Source: an uncultured Gammaproteobacteria bacterium (GTDB lineage: Bacteria > Pseudomonadota > Gammaproteobacteria > Arenicellales > JAANXG01). From it: DNA of 64,000 bases. This document shows positions 21,597 through 33,490 of the stretch, piece after piece (position 1 is the first letter of the stretch; every line of letters starts with the position of its first letter). The DNA lies in assembly GCA_947258785.1 (NCBI GenBank), contig CAMYJT010000011.1, positions 4,114 to 68,113 on the forward strand, read 5' to 3'. The notes beneath the pieces are model-generated. The model worked only from the letters and a program-made list of their open reading frames with translations. It made no database searches and was not told the DNA's origin. The translations under genes were made by a program, and so were the position numbers.

Positions 21597-22258
21597 CAGA
21601 GGACCTCCGTTCTATGTACCTGATGAATCTGATATTCAGGCTTTTCGATCTGCTCGGTCTTCCATGTCCGCAGCGCCCAGATCAGCAGGCCGATGATAAA
21701 AAACGCACTGGGCGGCAGCAGCATGATCCCCACCGGATGAAACCAGCCGCCCTCGGTGACCAACGGCAGGAGCTGGTAGCCCAGCAGGCTGCCGGCGCCC
21801 AGCAGCTCCCGCAGGGCGCCGACGATGACGAGGATCAGGCTGTAGCCGATCGCGTTGCCGAGGCCGTCGAGCATGCTTAAGCGCACCGGGTTGCTCATTG
21901 CAAACGCCTCGGCCCGGCCGAGGACGATGCAGTTGGTGATGATCAGTCCGACGAACACCGATAATTGCTTGCTGATCTGATAGGCGTAGGCCTTCAGAAA
22001 TTGATCCACGACGATCACCAGGGAGGCGACGATTGTCATTTGCACGATGATGCGGATGTTGGTTGGGATGTGATTCCGGATCAGGCTGATGGCCCCACTG
22101 GACAGCACCAGCACAACGGTCAAGGCGAGACACATGACCAATGAAGCGGCGAGTGTCGTGGTCACCGCCAGCGCCGAACAGATACCCAGGATCTGCAAGG
22201 TGATCGGATTGTTGTTGAACAGTGGATCAAGGAGGGCCTTTCTCGTCGCGCCGGTCAT
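21596..22258 (-). CDS. nqrD: Na+-NQR subunit D
   Basis: [27 protein letters not shown]. Confidence 0.96.
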   Translation of the reverse strand: MTGATRKALLDPLFNNNPITLQILGICSALAVTTTLAASLVMCLALTVVLVLSSGAISLIRNHIPTNIRIIVQMTIVASLVIVVDQFLKAYAYQISKQLSVFVGLIITNCIVLGRAEAFAMSNPVRLSMLDGLGNAIGYSLILVIVGALRELLGAGSLLGYQLLPLVTEGGWFHPVGIMLLPPSAFFIIGLLIWALRTWKTEQIEKPEYQIHQVHRTEVL

Positions 22259-23106
22259 GCCTTTTCGCCTGTCGATCTGAGTTTATTGAGTAATGGACCG
22301 AAGCCGTCGTCGCCGAGCCAGAACCGCAGCATGTTGCTGACCCCCCGGCTGGTCAATGTTGCACCGCTCAAACCGTCCACCTGGTGCCTCGCCGACGGAC
22401 TGTCGTCGGCAACGGCGCCCTTGATCACCTCGATGCGCAGGGCCCCGTTCTCGTCGTAGACCGCCTTGCCCCGCCACTGGGCCCGCCATTTCGGATTATC
22501 GACCTCACCGCCCAGACCCGGGGTTTCCCCATGTTCGTAAACGCTGAAACCGAACACCGTCGTGGCGTCCGCCTCGAGGGCGAGGAAGCCGTACAGTGTG
22601 GAGTACAGGCCCAGGCCACGCACCGGCAGGATCAGGTGCTGCAGGCGGTCATCCCGTCTCACCAGGTATACGGTGGCGTAGCGCTCCCGCCGGCCGATGT
22701 TCGCGAAATCGCGGTCCGGTCGCACCTCGGTGCTTTGCGCCGGATCGCGGGCCGCGCGCAGCGGGTCGTATGCGGCCGGGTCGATAACGCCGTCATCGAC
22801 GAATTCACCGCTGGCGAGCTCGACCATCTTGGGCTCCACTTGCCCGAACAGCAGGTTCACGTCCTGACCCGCTTGGTATAAGCCGGCCACCTCGAGAATG
22901 TTCCGTTTGCGGTCGAGGGACCGATTGTCGTCCTGTAGGGGCTTGAGTAACACGGCGGCGGCGGATACGACCACGGAGCAGACCAGGCACACGGCCAACG
23001 CCACCAGCATGGTTTTAAGCGTGCTGTTGTTGGGCAGGGCGAGGACCGCCCGCCACCGGCCGAGCAGCCGGTTCCGCCATGTGGACACCGCCGGCGGTTT
23101 ACGCAC
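22255..23106 (-). CDS. nqrC: Na+-NQR subunit C
   Basis: [23 protein letters not shown] site DGLSGATLT. Confidence 0.95.
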   Translation of the reverse strand: MRKPPAVSTWRNRLLGRWRAVLALPNNSTLKTMLVALAVCLVCSVVVSAAAVLLKPLQDDNRSLDRKRNILEVAGLYQAGQDVNLLFGQVEPKMVELASGEFVDDGVIDPAAYDPLRAARDPAQSTEVRPDRDFANIGRRERYATVYLVRRDDRLQHLILPVRGLGLYSTLYGFLALEADATTVFGFSVYEHGETPGLGGEVDNPKWRAQWRGKAVYDENGALRIEVIKGAVADDSPSARHQVDGLSGATLTSRGVSNMLRFWLGDDGFGPLLNKLRSTGEKA

Positions 23107-24309
23107 TGCGCCGCCGCCGTCTGCGGATGTTCGCCCGCTCGACGAAATAGTCGATCAGCGGTGCGAAGATGTTGGCGAACAGGATGGCGAGCATGATGCC
23201 TTCCGGGTAAGCGGGATTGACGACTCGAATGGCGATGGTCATGAAGCCGATTAGGATACCGAAGATCCACTTGCCGGTGTCGGTCATTGCGGCGGACACT
23301 GGGTCGGTGGCCATGAACACGGTGCCGAACGCGAAGCCGCCGAGCACGATATGCCAGTGCCAGGGGAGCTCGAACATCGGGTTGGTGGCGCTGCCGATCA
23401 GGTTGAACAGCCACGTGGTGACGATCATACCGGCGACCACACCGGCCATGATGCGCCAGGACGCCACCTTGGTGTAGAGCAGGAACACCGCCCCCAACAG
23501 GCAGGCCAGGGTTGAGGTCTCTCCTAGGGATCCCTGTATTTCACCGAAAAACGACTGCCACCATGTCACTCCCGCAGCGGTGATCGCCTCCACGCCGCCG
23601 ACCGCGGCCAGCGCCAACGGAGTGGCGCCGCTGAAGCCGTCCACCGCCGTCCACACCCCGTCGCCGGACATCTGGGCCGGGAACGCGAAAAAGATGAACG
23701 CCCGGCCGGCCAGCGCAGGGTTGAGAAAATTCTTACCGGTGCCGCCGAAGACTTCCTTGGCGATCACCACGCCGAAAGATATGCCCAACGCCACCTGCCA
23801 CAAGGGAATGGCCGGCGGCACAATCAACGCGAACAACATGGAAGTGACGAAGAAGCCCTCGTTGATTTCATGATTGCGCACTGCGGCGAACAGCACCTCC
23901 CAGAATCCCCCCACCGCGAGAGTGACCAAATACACCGGCAGGAAGTAGAGCAGGCCGTGCCACGCGCAGGCCCAGACACTGGCCGGGTCGTAGCCGACCC
24001 CCAGGCCGTCCAGGACCGCGCCGCGCCAGCCGGGCGCCGAGTCGACGGCGAGACCCGCCATCGCCGAGTTGGCCTGATACCCGGTGTTCCACAACGCCAT
24101 CAGGATCGCCGGGACGGCAGCGATCACCACATAGCCCATTACCCGTTTCACGTCGATACCGTCGCGCACGTGCGGCGCTTGACGGGTCACGTCAGCGGGT
24201 GTGTAGAAGAAAGTGTCCACCGCCTCGAACAGGGCGTTGAACTTCTCGTACGGGCCGCCTTTGGTGAACAGAGGCTGCGCGCGGTCGAGCAGTCTGCGCA
24301 GGCGGGACA

Positions 24310-24310
<1 letters not shown>
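23099..24310 (-). CDS. nqrB: Na+-NQR subunit B
   Basis: Start MSRLRRLL overlapping the nqrA stop; [16 protein letters not shown] site [14 protein letters not shown]. Confidence 0.95.
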
Positions 24311-25662
<1,352 letters not shown>

Positions 25663-25865
25663 TTACATCCCAAGCACATCCAACCGCGTGCCACCGATCG
25701 CGGCAGACGCCACCCACCGCCATTGTGCCCACCTGCACGATCGACGAGCGCGCATTGTCTGCTTCAAGGTCGGCGGCTTCAAGCGTGATATCCAATTTAT
25801 CTCAAAAAATTTAATATAGCAGTACACTAGGGCACAGACCATACGGCCGGAACGGTGTTACAGCG

Positions 25866-26636
25866 ATGACGGCGGGACCATCTTCCAGTGCTTCAAAACG
25901 AGCACCTCTGACAGTGATCGGGCTGTGTACGCTCATCCTGACAGCCGTCGTTCATGCCGCCAGCGTCGATACGCAGCGCCATCGGCTCGCCCGCGACGGT
26001 ATGCTCAGTGCCATCCGCGCCGACTATCAGGATACCGCGAACTACATCGGTCAGGATCGAGCGGACCCGGACGTCCTGCTGGCGATGGGCAAGGTGCCCC
26101 GACACGAGTTCGTGCCGCGCGGCGCACGCCGCCACGCTTATGCAAACCGGCCGCTGCCGATCGGCCACGGACAGACCATCTCGCAGCCTTATATTGTCGC
26201 CCTGATGACGGATTTACTGGATGTCGAGGCCGGCGATCGAATCCTCGAGGTCGGCACGGGTTCTGGATATCAAGCGGCGGTGCTCGCCGCACTGGTGTCA
26301 CAGGTGTACTCGATTGAGATCATCGAGCCGCTCGCCGAGCAGGCACGACAACGGCTGCAGAGGCTCGGTTACTCGAATATCACTGTGCGCGCCGGGGATG
26401 GCTATTTCGGATGGCGGCAACACGCGCCGTTCGATGCCATTGTAGTGACCGCGGCGGCGAGTCATGTTCCGCCTCCATTGATCGAGCAGCTCAAACCCGG
26501 GGGCCGGATGATCATCCCGGTTGGGACCCGCTTCATGGTGCAGGAGCTGCTGATGGTGGTCAAAGACGACGCCGGATCTGTCACCACGCGGCAGATTCTG
26601 CCGGTACGTTTCGTGCCACTGACGGGAGGCCATTGA
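25866..26636 (+). CDS. pcm: Protein-L-isoaspartate O-methyltransferase with signal-peptide-like N-terminus
   Basis: VPRHEFVP, GQTISQPYIVA, LEVGTGSGYQAA, APFDAIVVTAA, VRFVPL. Confidence 0.93.
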   Translation: MTAGPSSSASKRAPLTVIGLCTLILTAVVHAASVDTQRHRLARDGMLSAIRADYQDTANYIGQDRADPDVLLAMGKVPRHEFVPRGARRHAYANRPLPIGHGQTISQPYIVALMTDLLDVEAGDRILEVGTGSGYQAAVLAALVSQVYSIEIIEPLAEQARQRLQRLGYSNITVRAGDGYFGWRQHAPFDAIVVTAAASHVPPPLIEQLKPGGRMIIPVGTRFMVQELLMVVKDDAGSVTTRQILPVRFVPLTGGH

Positions 26637-26682
26637 TCTCGTCAGGGCGGGCAAGCCGGATTGCGCTGAGGCGGCAGCCGCA

Positions 26683-29112
26683 GTGACTCGACCGCCACTG
26701 TTCACCGTTGCCTTGACCTCCGGGTTGGCGCTAGCGCTCGAGGTGCTGCTGATGCGGCTGTTGTCCATCGTTCAGTGGCACCATTTCGCATACCTGGTCA
26801 TCAGCCTGGCGTTGTTGGGCTACGGGGTGAGCGGGACCTTTCTCGCCGTAACTCAACATCGGTTGGCCAGGCGCTACACGGCTGTCCTGCTCGCTAATGT
26901 CGCCCTGTTCCCGGTCACCGCCGTGGCGTGCTTCCACATTGCCCAGCGCATCCCGTTTAACGCCGAGGAGGTGTTGTGGGATCCCTGGCAGCTGTTGTAT
27001 CTGGCGGCTGTGTACCTGCTGCTGACACTGCCGTTCTTTGTCGCCGCCAACGTTACCGCCCTTACCTTGATGCACCATCGGGATCAAATGCCGCGCATCT
27101 ACGCGTACAATCTGGCCGGCGCCGGCGCGGGAAGCGTTGTGGTCGTCGGCTTGATGTTCCTCCTGCCGCCGTTGGCGACGCTCAAGGTGTTGGCTGCGCT
27201 AGGCCTGGCCGCGGTGGTGGCGGCGGTCTGGGAGTTGGCGGCGGCGGGACGCCGATGGGTCGCGGTGGCGGCGCTCGCCGGGCTCGTGGTGCTGGCTTGG
27301 GCCCCCATTGCGCAGCGGCTCGCGGTGTCGCCCTACAAAGGGCTGAGTCAGACCCTGCGGATCCCGGGGACGCGGATCGCCGACGAGCGCTCGAGTCCCC
27401 TCGGATATCTCAGCGTTGTCGAGAGTCCGCAAGTCCCGCTGCGGCACGCACCGGGCTTGAGCATCCGGGCCGTTAAGGGCCCCACGGCCCAGACCGCCAT
27501 CTTCACCGATGCGGACAATCCGACGTTCATCAATCTCGATGCCACCGGGTTGAAATACCTCGATTACCTGACCTCCGCGCTGCCCTATCATCTGCGTCCG
27601 CTGCGCCGGGTGCTGATCCTAGGGGCGGGTGGAGGCGCGGATATCCAGCAGGCGCGCCTGCACGGCGTCGGTCGGATTACCGCTGTTGAACTCAACCCGG
27701 ATGTGGTCGACATCGTGCAGAGCCGCGCGCCGGTCTATTCCGGTCCGCCAGGAAGCCCGGCGGTGGACGTGCACGTCGGCGAAGCGCGGGGTTTCGTGGC
27801 CGGTGCGGCGGAACGGTACGATCTCATTCAACTGGCCTTGCTCGATTCGTTTGCGGCGTCCTCGGCGGGCTTGTACGCGCTCAATGAGAGTTATCTGTAC
27901 ACGGTGGAGGCGCTGAAGACCTACCTGGCGCGACTCGAGCCGGACGGGTACCTGTCTCTGACCCGATGGGTCAAGCTGCCGCCACGGGACACGCTGAAAC
28001 TGTTCGCCACCGCGGTAGCGGCGCTGACCGACGCCGGCCTGGTAGATCCCGGCCGCCGGTTAATGATGATCCGGAGCTGGCAGACCAGCACGCTGTTGAT
28101 CAAGAACGGCGAGGTCACGCCAGGCGAAATCGCCGCCATGCGCCGTTTTACCGAGCCGCGCGCCTTCGACCTGGTGTGGCATCCGGGCCTCCAGCGTAGC
28201 GAAGCAAATCGCTTCAACGTGTTGTCGCGGCCGTTTTTCCATGAGGCTGCCGTGGCACTGCTCGGCCCGCGGCGCGATCAATTCCTCGAGCGTTACAAGT
28301 ACGACATCCGTCCCTCCACGGACGACCGCCCGTATTTCTTCCACTTTCACAAGTGGGGAGTCATGGCGGAGATCCTGTCGCTGCGTGGCCGTGGCGGCAC
28401 GCCGCTGGTTGAGCTCGGTTACCTCGTGTTGGCCGCTACTCTGCTCAAGGCAGTAATCGCCAGCGCCGGGCTGATTCTGCTGCCGTTGTGGATTCTGCGG
28501 CGCCGGCGCCGGGTGGAATCATCGGCACCGTTGCCTGCATTGCGGGTCTTCGGGTATTTCTTTGCCATCGGGCTCGCGTTCTTGTTCGTCGAGATTGCGT
28601 TTATCCAGAAATTCCTGCTGTTCCTGCAGCACCCGTTGTACGCGATTACGGTCACGCTGACTGCGTTTTTGGTTTTCGCCGGACTCGGCAGCGCCACGGC
28701 TCATCACCGGATGTCGGTGCGCACGCCACAGTGGATCGCCGGCGCTGCGGTGGCTGGTATCTGCGTTGTCGCCGGGCTGTATCTGTGGTTGCTGGGGCCG
28801 TTGTTCGATCTGCTCTTGGCGCAGCCAATCCCGGTCAAGATCGGCGTCGCCGTACTACTGATCGCACCGCTCGCGTTCGGAATGGGCATGCCGTTTCCAG
28901 TTGGCTTGTTGCAGCTGGGTGAGGACGCGCCCCAGCTCGTACCGTGGGCGTGGGGGGTCAACGGGTGTGCCTCGGTGATCAGCGCGGTGCTCGCGACCCT
29001 GTTGGCGATTCATTTCGGGTTTACGGCAGTCGTCCTGGCGGCGATGTTGTTATACCTGCTGGCCTGGCTCAGTTTCCCATTGCCGGCCGCGGTGCCGACT
29101 GCAGACCGTTGA
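26683..29112 (+). CDS. Large polytopic membrane protein with central spermidine-synthase-like SAM-binding domain
   Basis: N- and C-terminal TM blocks around LILGAGGG, VELNP, GEAR, YLYTVEA, STDDRPYF, WAWGVNG. Confidence 0.82.
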   Translation: MTRPPLFTVALTSGLALALEVLLMRLLSIVQWHHFAYLVISLALLGYGVSGTFLAVTQHRLARRYTAVLLANVALFPVTAVACFHIAQRIPFNAEEVLWDPWQLLYLAAVYLLLTLPFFVAANVTALTLMHHRDQMPRIYAYNLAGAGAGSVVVVGLMFLLPPLATLKVLAALGLAAVVAAVWELAAAGRRWVAVAALAGLVVLAWAPIAQRLAVSPYKGLSQTLRIPGTRIADERSSPLGYLSVVESPQVPLRHAPGLSIRAVKGPTAQTAIFTDADNPTFINLDATGLKYLDYLTSALPYHLRPLRRVLILGAGGGADIQQARLHGVGRITAVELNPDVVDIVQSRAPVYSGPPGSPAVDVHVGEARGFVAGAAERYDLIQLALLDSFAASSAGLYALNESYLYTVEALKTYLARLEPDGYLSLTRWVKLPPRDTLKLFATAVAALTDAGLVDPGRRLMMIRSWQTSTLLIKNGEVTPGEIAAMRRFTEPRAFDLVWHPGLQRSEANRFNVLSRPFFHEAAVALLGPRRDQFLERYKYDIRPSTDDRPYFFHFHKWGVMAEILSLRGRGGTPLVELGYLVLAATLLKAVIASAGLILLPLWILRRRRRVESSAPLPALRVFGYFFAIGLAFLFVEIAFIQKFLLFLQHPLYAITVTLTAFLVFAGLGSATAHHRMSVRTPQWIAGAAVAGICVVAGLYLWLLGPLFDLLLAQPIPVKIGVAVLLIAPLAFGMGMPFPVGLLQLGEDAPQLVPWAWGVNGCASVISAVLATLLAIHFGFTAVVLAAMLLYLLAWLSFPLPAAVPTADR

Positions 29113-29225
29113 CGGCGCTGTCGGCCGGCTGTGACCTGTTTGGACGGGAATAACCGCGATGACATAAACTGCGGTTCTCCGGCATAAGCGTCTCTCAACG
29201 AAAGAAAACGCAAGTCTTCCGCCGC

Positions 29226-30470
29226 ATGGACAATCTCAGGAGCGCATTAGGGCTGTTCGCCATCATCGCCATCGCCTGGCTGCTCAGCGAACGCCGGCAG
29301 GTGGCGGTGTGGCGCACCGTTGTTGCCGGCATCGGCATTCAGATTACCCTGGCAGCGGTGTTGGTCAAGCTGCCGCTCAGCCGCGATGTGTTCGGCCTGC
29401 TGAACGATGCGGTGGTGATCCTGCAGAACGCCACTGAGGCGGGTTCCTCGTTTGTGTTCGGGTACCTGGGTGGCGGGTCGCTGCCCTTCGAGGAGACCCG
29501 TGTTGGGTCAAGTTTTGTGCTGGCGTTTCGTGCCTTGCCCCTGGTGATCGTGATCAGCGCTTTGACGGCGTTGTTGACACACTGGCGGATTCTGCCGGCC
29601 GTGGTGCGGGGCTTCTCCCTGGCGCTGCAGAAAACGCTTGGCATCGGGGGTGCCGTGGGCCTGGGCACGGCGGCCAATGTCTTCGTCGGTATGGTCGAGG
29701 CGCCGTTGTTCGTGCGCCCGTACTTGAAGAACCTGTCGCGCAGTGAATTGTTCATGCTGATGTGCGCCGGTATGGCGACCATCGCGGGGACGGTGTTGAT
29801 TCTTTATGCGACCTTTCTGCAGGGCGTTATTCCCGATGCGGTCGGGCACTTGCTGGTAGCGTCCATCATCAGCGCCCCGGCGGCGATCACCGTTGCCAAG
29901 CTCATGGTACCGGATGATCGTGCGGCAACCGAGGTGGAAATCGATATTGTCAGCGATGCCGCCAGCAGTATGGACGCGATTACGCGCGGCACCCAAAATG
30001 GTCTGCTGTTGTTTCTGAACATCGTCGCCATGCTGATCGTATTCGTTGCCCTGGTGCACCTGGTCAACGCGGTGCTGGGTGTAATTCCGGACGTCGGCGG
30101 TGAGAAGATCAGTCTGGAGCGGCTGCTCGGTTACCTGATGGCGCCGGTCACCTGGTTGATGGGGATTCCCTGGAACGAGGCGGCGACGACCGGTTCGCTG
30201 ATGGGAACCAAGACCGTACTGAACGAATTTCTGGCGTATCTGCGGTTGGCCGAGCTGCCCCCCGACGCGCTCAGCGAACGCAGCCGACTGATCATCAGCT
30301 ATGCGTTGTGCGGCTTTGCCAATTTCGGCAGTCTCGGCATCATGATCGGGGGATTGACCACCATGGTTCCCGAGCGTCGCGAAGAGATCGTGGCGTTGGG
30401 CCTGAAGAGCATCGTCGGCGGCACGCTGGCCACCTGTTCTACAGGTGCGGTAATCGGAGTGTTGATGTGA
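29226..30470 (+). CDS. Concentrative nucleoside transporter (CNT/NupC family)
   Basis: ANVFVGMVEAPL, MATIAG, NEFLAY, YALCGFANFGS. Confidence 0.93.
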   Translation: MDNLRSALGLFAIIAIAWLLSERRQVAVWRTVVAGIGIQITLAAVLVKLPLSRDVFGLLNDAVVILQNATEAGSSFVFGYLGGGSLPFEETRVGSSFVLAFRALPLVIVISALTALLTHWRILPAVVRGFSLALQKTLGIGGAVGLGTAANVFVGMVEAPLFVRPYLKNLSRSELFMLMCAGMATIAGTVLILYATFLQGVIPDAVGHLLVASIISAPAAITVAKLMVPDDRAATEVEIDIVSDAASSMDAITRGTQNGLLLFLNIVAMLIVFVALVHLVNAVLGVIPDVGGEKISLERLLGYLMAPVTWLMGIPWNEAATTGSLMGTKTVLNEFLAYLRLAELPPDALSERSRLIISYALCGFANFGSLGIMIGGLTTMVPERREEIVALGLKSIVGGTLATCSTGAVIGVLM

Positions 30471-30506
30471 GGCCGGGCTCCTGCCGCGTGCCGCGGCGCG
30501 CCGCTC

Positions 30507-30863
30507 TCAAGCCGGTTTTGCCACCATGCGGCCCATCGGCCGCCCCCCCAGTAAATGCATGTGCACATGAAACACTACTTGTCCGCCGTCGCGGTTGGTG
30601 TTGACGATCAGCCGGTAACCGTTTTCGGCGATTCCCTCCCGTTGGGCCAGCGTAGCGGCGACCACGAACAGATGTCCCAGATCGGCCTCGTCCGCTTCGG
30701 TGACGTCGTTCACCGTCGGGATTGGTTTGTTGGGGACGATGAGAATGTGGGTCGGCGCCTGCGGACTAATATCGCGAAAAGCGGTCACGCGGTCGTCCTG
30801 AAAGACGATGTCCGCCGGTATTTCACGGCGGATGATCTTGGCGAAGATGTCGTCCTCGTTCAT
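30507..30863 (-). CDS. hinT: Histidine-triad nucleotide-binding protein
   Basis: [28 protein letters not shown] triad. Confidence 0.92.
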   Translation of the reverse strand: MNEDDIFAKIIRREIPADIVFQDDRVTAFRDISPQAPTHILIVPNKPIPTVNDVTEADEADLGHLFVVAATLAQREGIAENGYRLIVNTNRDGGQVVFHVHMHLLGGRPMGRMVAKPA

Positions 30864-30902
30864 GAAGGCCTCCAGTGAGCATGGTTCTACAACAGGTGAT
30901 CG

Positions 30903-32402
30903 GTGAAGCCGGTACAGCGTAACAAAGCTCCAAGCTCAGGACGAGCCTGTTGCTGGCGCCGCGCCGTGCTGGTCGGTGTAATGGCCGTTGTCCCGGTGGT
31001 GGTGGGTGCCCAGCAAAGCGGCAAGACCTTCGCCTACAGCTGGCGCGAGGTTGCCGGCGGCCTTGACAGCATCGTTCCACTGCATTGGCTGCGCTGGTCC
31101 GATCTGTCCGACATGAGCTCGGCGCTGCGCCGGGCAAAGGCGGCGGCGGACGCGATGCCGCCCGGCCACCGCGCGCTGTTCAGTTGGGATCTGCACAATT
31201 CTATGGCGCATCATCCTCAGGATGTGCTCCGAGACGCCACCGGGTCACCGGCGGTCTGCCGGGACCCGAGTGGGCGCGGAGCACCGTACCCGGGCGTCTG
31301 GTGGGAGCGTGGTCGCGCGGAGGTCCGGGCGCGGTTTGCCGAGTTTTTCACCCGTTACGCGGCCATCGGCGGGGCGGTCGATGTGGTGGTGTTGGATTTC
31401 GAGCAAGTACCCACCACTTGGTTCCTGTATCAGCAAGCGCAGCGCAACGCCTGCGGCATTGAGGCCTACTTTGCCGCCATCGCCGGCGATCCTCGGTTCG
31501 GGCGCCTCGCCGGGCGCTTGGGCTTTGCGGAGTTGGAGCGGGTGATTCACTGGTACCGCGGTGATGAGTACCTGAAATGGAACGGCGTGATGCACGAATT
31601 GTTCGCCGAACAGGTCAACGCCGCCGTGTATGAGCCAGTGCGAAGTGTGTTCCCCACCGTGAAGATGTCGAACTACGGCTTTTATTACCAGGACCCGTCG
31701 CACCATCTGCCGGACCTGAACGGGCATCATAAGCACAGATACTACGCAGGTGTACACATCGGCACACACCAATCCAGAGAGCTTTACGGCTGGTTGGGCA
31801 ACGTATCCCGTCTCAAACTCGACGGCCGCGTCCCGTACGAACGAAACCCCTATAACGCGTTCCGCTATGCGCTGAATAAAGTCCGCGCGATGAAGTTGTC
31901 GTCGTCGGTGCCTATCTATCCCTGGATTTCGTACAAGCGATTCAAGGACAGCCTGTTGCGGGACTCCGATTACTATCAGGAGCTGCTGCTGCACATCGCG
32001 TTAACCGGCATCGAAGACTTTCTGTATTGGAACCCGCTCTCCGTGGACCCGCCGGCCAGCGACGCCGACAACCGGCTGGTGGACCGGACGCTCAAGGAGT
32101 TGGACCGGCTGCTCGGAGTTCAGGATCGCCGTACGCTGGTCGAACGGCTGGTCGGGTGGGGCGACGATTGGGTTTTGACCGGCATGCGGGTCAACGGCAC
32201 GCGGATCGTCTGGCGCTTTACCCCGCGGCTCAATCCGGGGCAGGCCGCCGAATCGGTGCTGATCAGCGCCGAGCCCGCGGTATTCCGGGTCAACGGGTCG
32301 AGTATCGCCGTCGAAGGGGGCTCGGTGGTCGAGCGCGGGGGCGTTTCCAACAGCGGGTTCTGGATCGTCGGCGAGTCAATCCCGGGGACCGGGGTCGATT
32401 GA
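30903..32402 (+). CDS. Hypothetical exported protein, aromatic-rich (possible glycoside-hydrolase-like barrel)
   Basis: 499-aa ORF with hydrophobic N-terminal segment; VVVLDFE, MSNY, IYPWI, FLYWNP elements; no family recognised. Confidence 0.65.
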   Translation: MKPVQRNKAPSSGRACCWRRAVLVGVMAVVPVVVGAQQSGKTFAYSWREVAGGLDSIVPLHWLRWSDLSDMSSALRRAKAAADAMPPGHRALFSWDLHNSMAHHPQDVLRDATGSPAVCRDPSGRGAPYPGVWWERGRAEVRARFAEFFTRYAAIGGAVDVVVLDFEQVPTTWFLYQQAQRNACGIEAYFAAIAGDPRFGRLAGRLGFAELERVIHWYRGDEYLKWNGVMHELFAEQVNAAVYEPVRSVFPTVKMSNYGFYYQDPSHHLPDLNGHHKHRYYAGVHIGTHQSRELYGWLGNVSRLKLDGRVPYERNPYNAFRYALNKVRAMKLSSSVPIYPWISYKRFKDSLLRDSDYYQELLLHIALTGIEDFLYWNPLSVDPPASDADNRLVDRTLKELDRLLGVQDRRTLVERLVGWGDDWVLTGMRVNGTRIVWRFTPRLNPGQAAESVLISAEPAVFRVNGSSIAVEGGSVVERGGVSNSGFWIVGESIPGTGVD

Positions 32403-32479
32403 GGACACCGGTTTTACATTGACGGCGAACCGCAGTAGATTTCCGACTCACCAAAACAAACCACCGGGATGGAGAGTCA

Positions 32480-33475
32480 ATGCAAGCGTTCAAGGCCTAC
32501 CGAATCCACAACGATGACGGTAAGATATCGGCTCGGTTCGAGTCCATTAGCGTCGATGACCTGACCGAAGGTGATGTCGTCATCCGCTCCGCTTTTTCTG
32601 ACGTCAACTACAAAGACGCGCTGGCCGCCACCGGCACAGGAAAGATCCTCCGCAAGTACCCGCTCGTGGGCGGCATCGACGTGTCGGGACGGGTTGAGAC
32701 ATCGGCGAGCGATCGTTTCAAACCCGGTGACCCGGTTGTGGTCTGCGGCTGTGAGCTCTCGGAAATCCGCGACGGCGGATACGCAGAGTATGTCCGGGTC
32801 CCGGCGGATTGTGCGGTGGCCATCCCCGACGGTTTATCGGAGTTCGACGCCATGGCCATTGGTACGGCCGGGTTTACCGCCGCGCTGGCGGTGCAGCGGA
32901 TGGAGAACAACGGCCAGACACCGGAACACGGTCCCATCCTGGTGACCGGGGCAACCGGCGGCGTGGGCAGCATCGCCATTGATATCCTGTCGGGCGCGGG
33001 CTACGACGTGGTGGCCTACACCGGCAAGAAATCCGCCGAGGAATATCTGATTGGTTTGGGGGCCTCGCGGGTGCTGCTGCGGGAGGAGACCGACCTGGGC
33101 AAGCGGCCGCTGGAACGCGCCGAGTGGGGTGGTGCGGTCGATAATCTCGGCGGCGACGTGTTGACCTGGTTGACCCGCAGCACCAAACCGTTCGGAAACA
33201 TTGCGTCCATCGGCTTAGCCGCCAGTCATGAGTTGAATACGACGGTGATGCCGTTCATTCTCAGAGGCGTGTCGCTGTTGGGCATCAACTCGGTGTTGTG
33301 TTCCGCGTCGATGCGCCAGAGCGCCTGGCAGCGCTTGGGCAGCGATCTGCGGCCGCGATACTTGGACCGCATCGTGACCCAGCGAGTGGCCTTTGCGGAT
33401 CTTCCGGGCGTCTTCGACGACTATATCCACGGCAAGGTCACCGGGCGCACCGTGGTCAGCATTGCCGAGGATTGA
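32480..33475 (+). CDS. YhdH/AcuI-family acryloyl-CoA reductase / quinone oxidoreductase
   Basis: VNYKDALA, IGTAGFTAAL, VTGATGGVGS, MPFILRGVSLLGI, GRTVV. Confidence 0.88.
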   Translation: MQAFKAYRIHNDDGKISARFESISVDDLTEGDVVIRSAFSDVNYKDALAATGTGKILRKYPLVGGIDVSGRVETSASDRFKPGDPVVVCGCELSEIRDGGYAEYVRVPADCAVAIPDGLSEFDAMAIGTAGFTAALAVQRMENNGQTPEHGPILVTGATGGVGSIAIDILSGAGYDVVAYTGKKSAEEYLIGLGASRVLLREETDLGKRPLERAEWGGAVDNLGGDVLTWLTRSTKPFGNIASIGLAASHELNTTVMPFILRGVSLLGINSVLCSASMRQSAWQRLGSDLRPRYLDRIVTQRVAFADLPGVFDDYIHGKVTGRTVVSIAED

Positions 33476-33490
33476 CCTGGGAGGCTGGGC

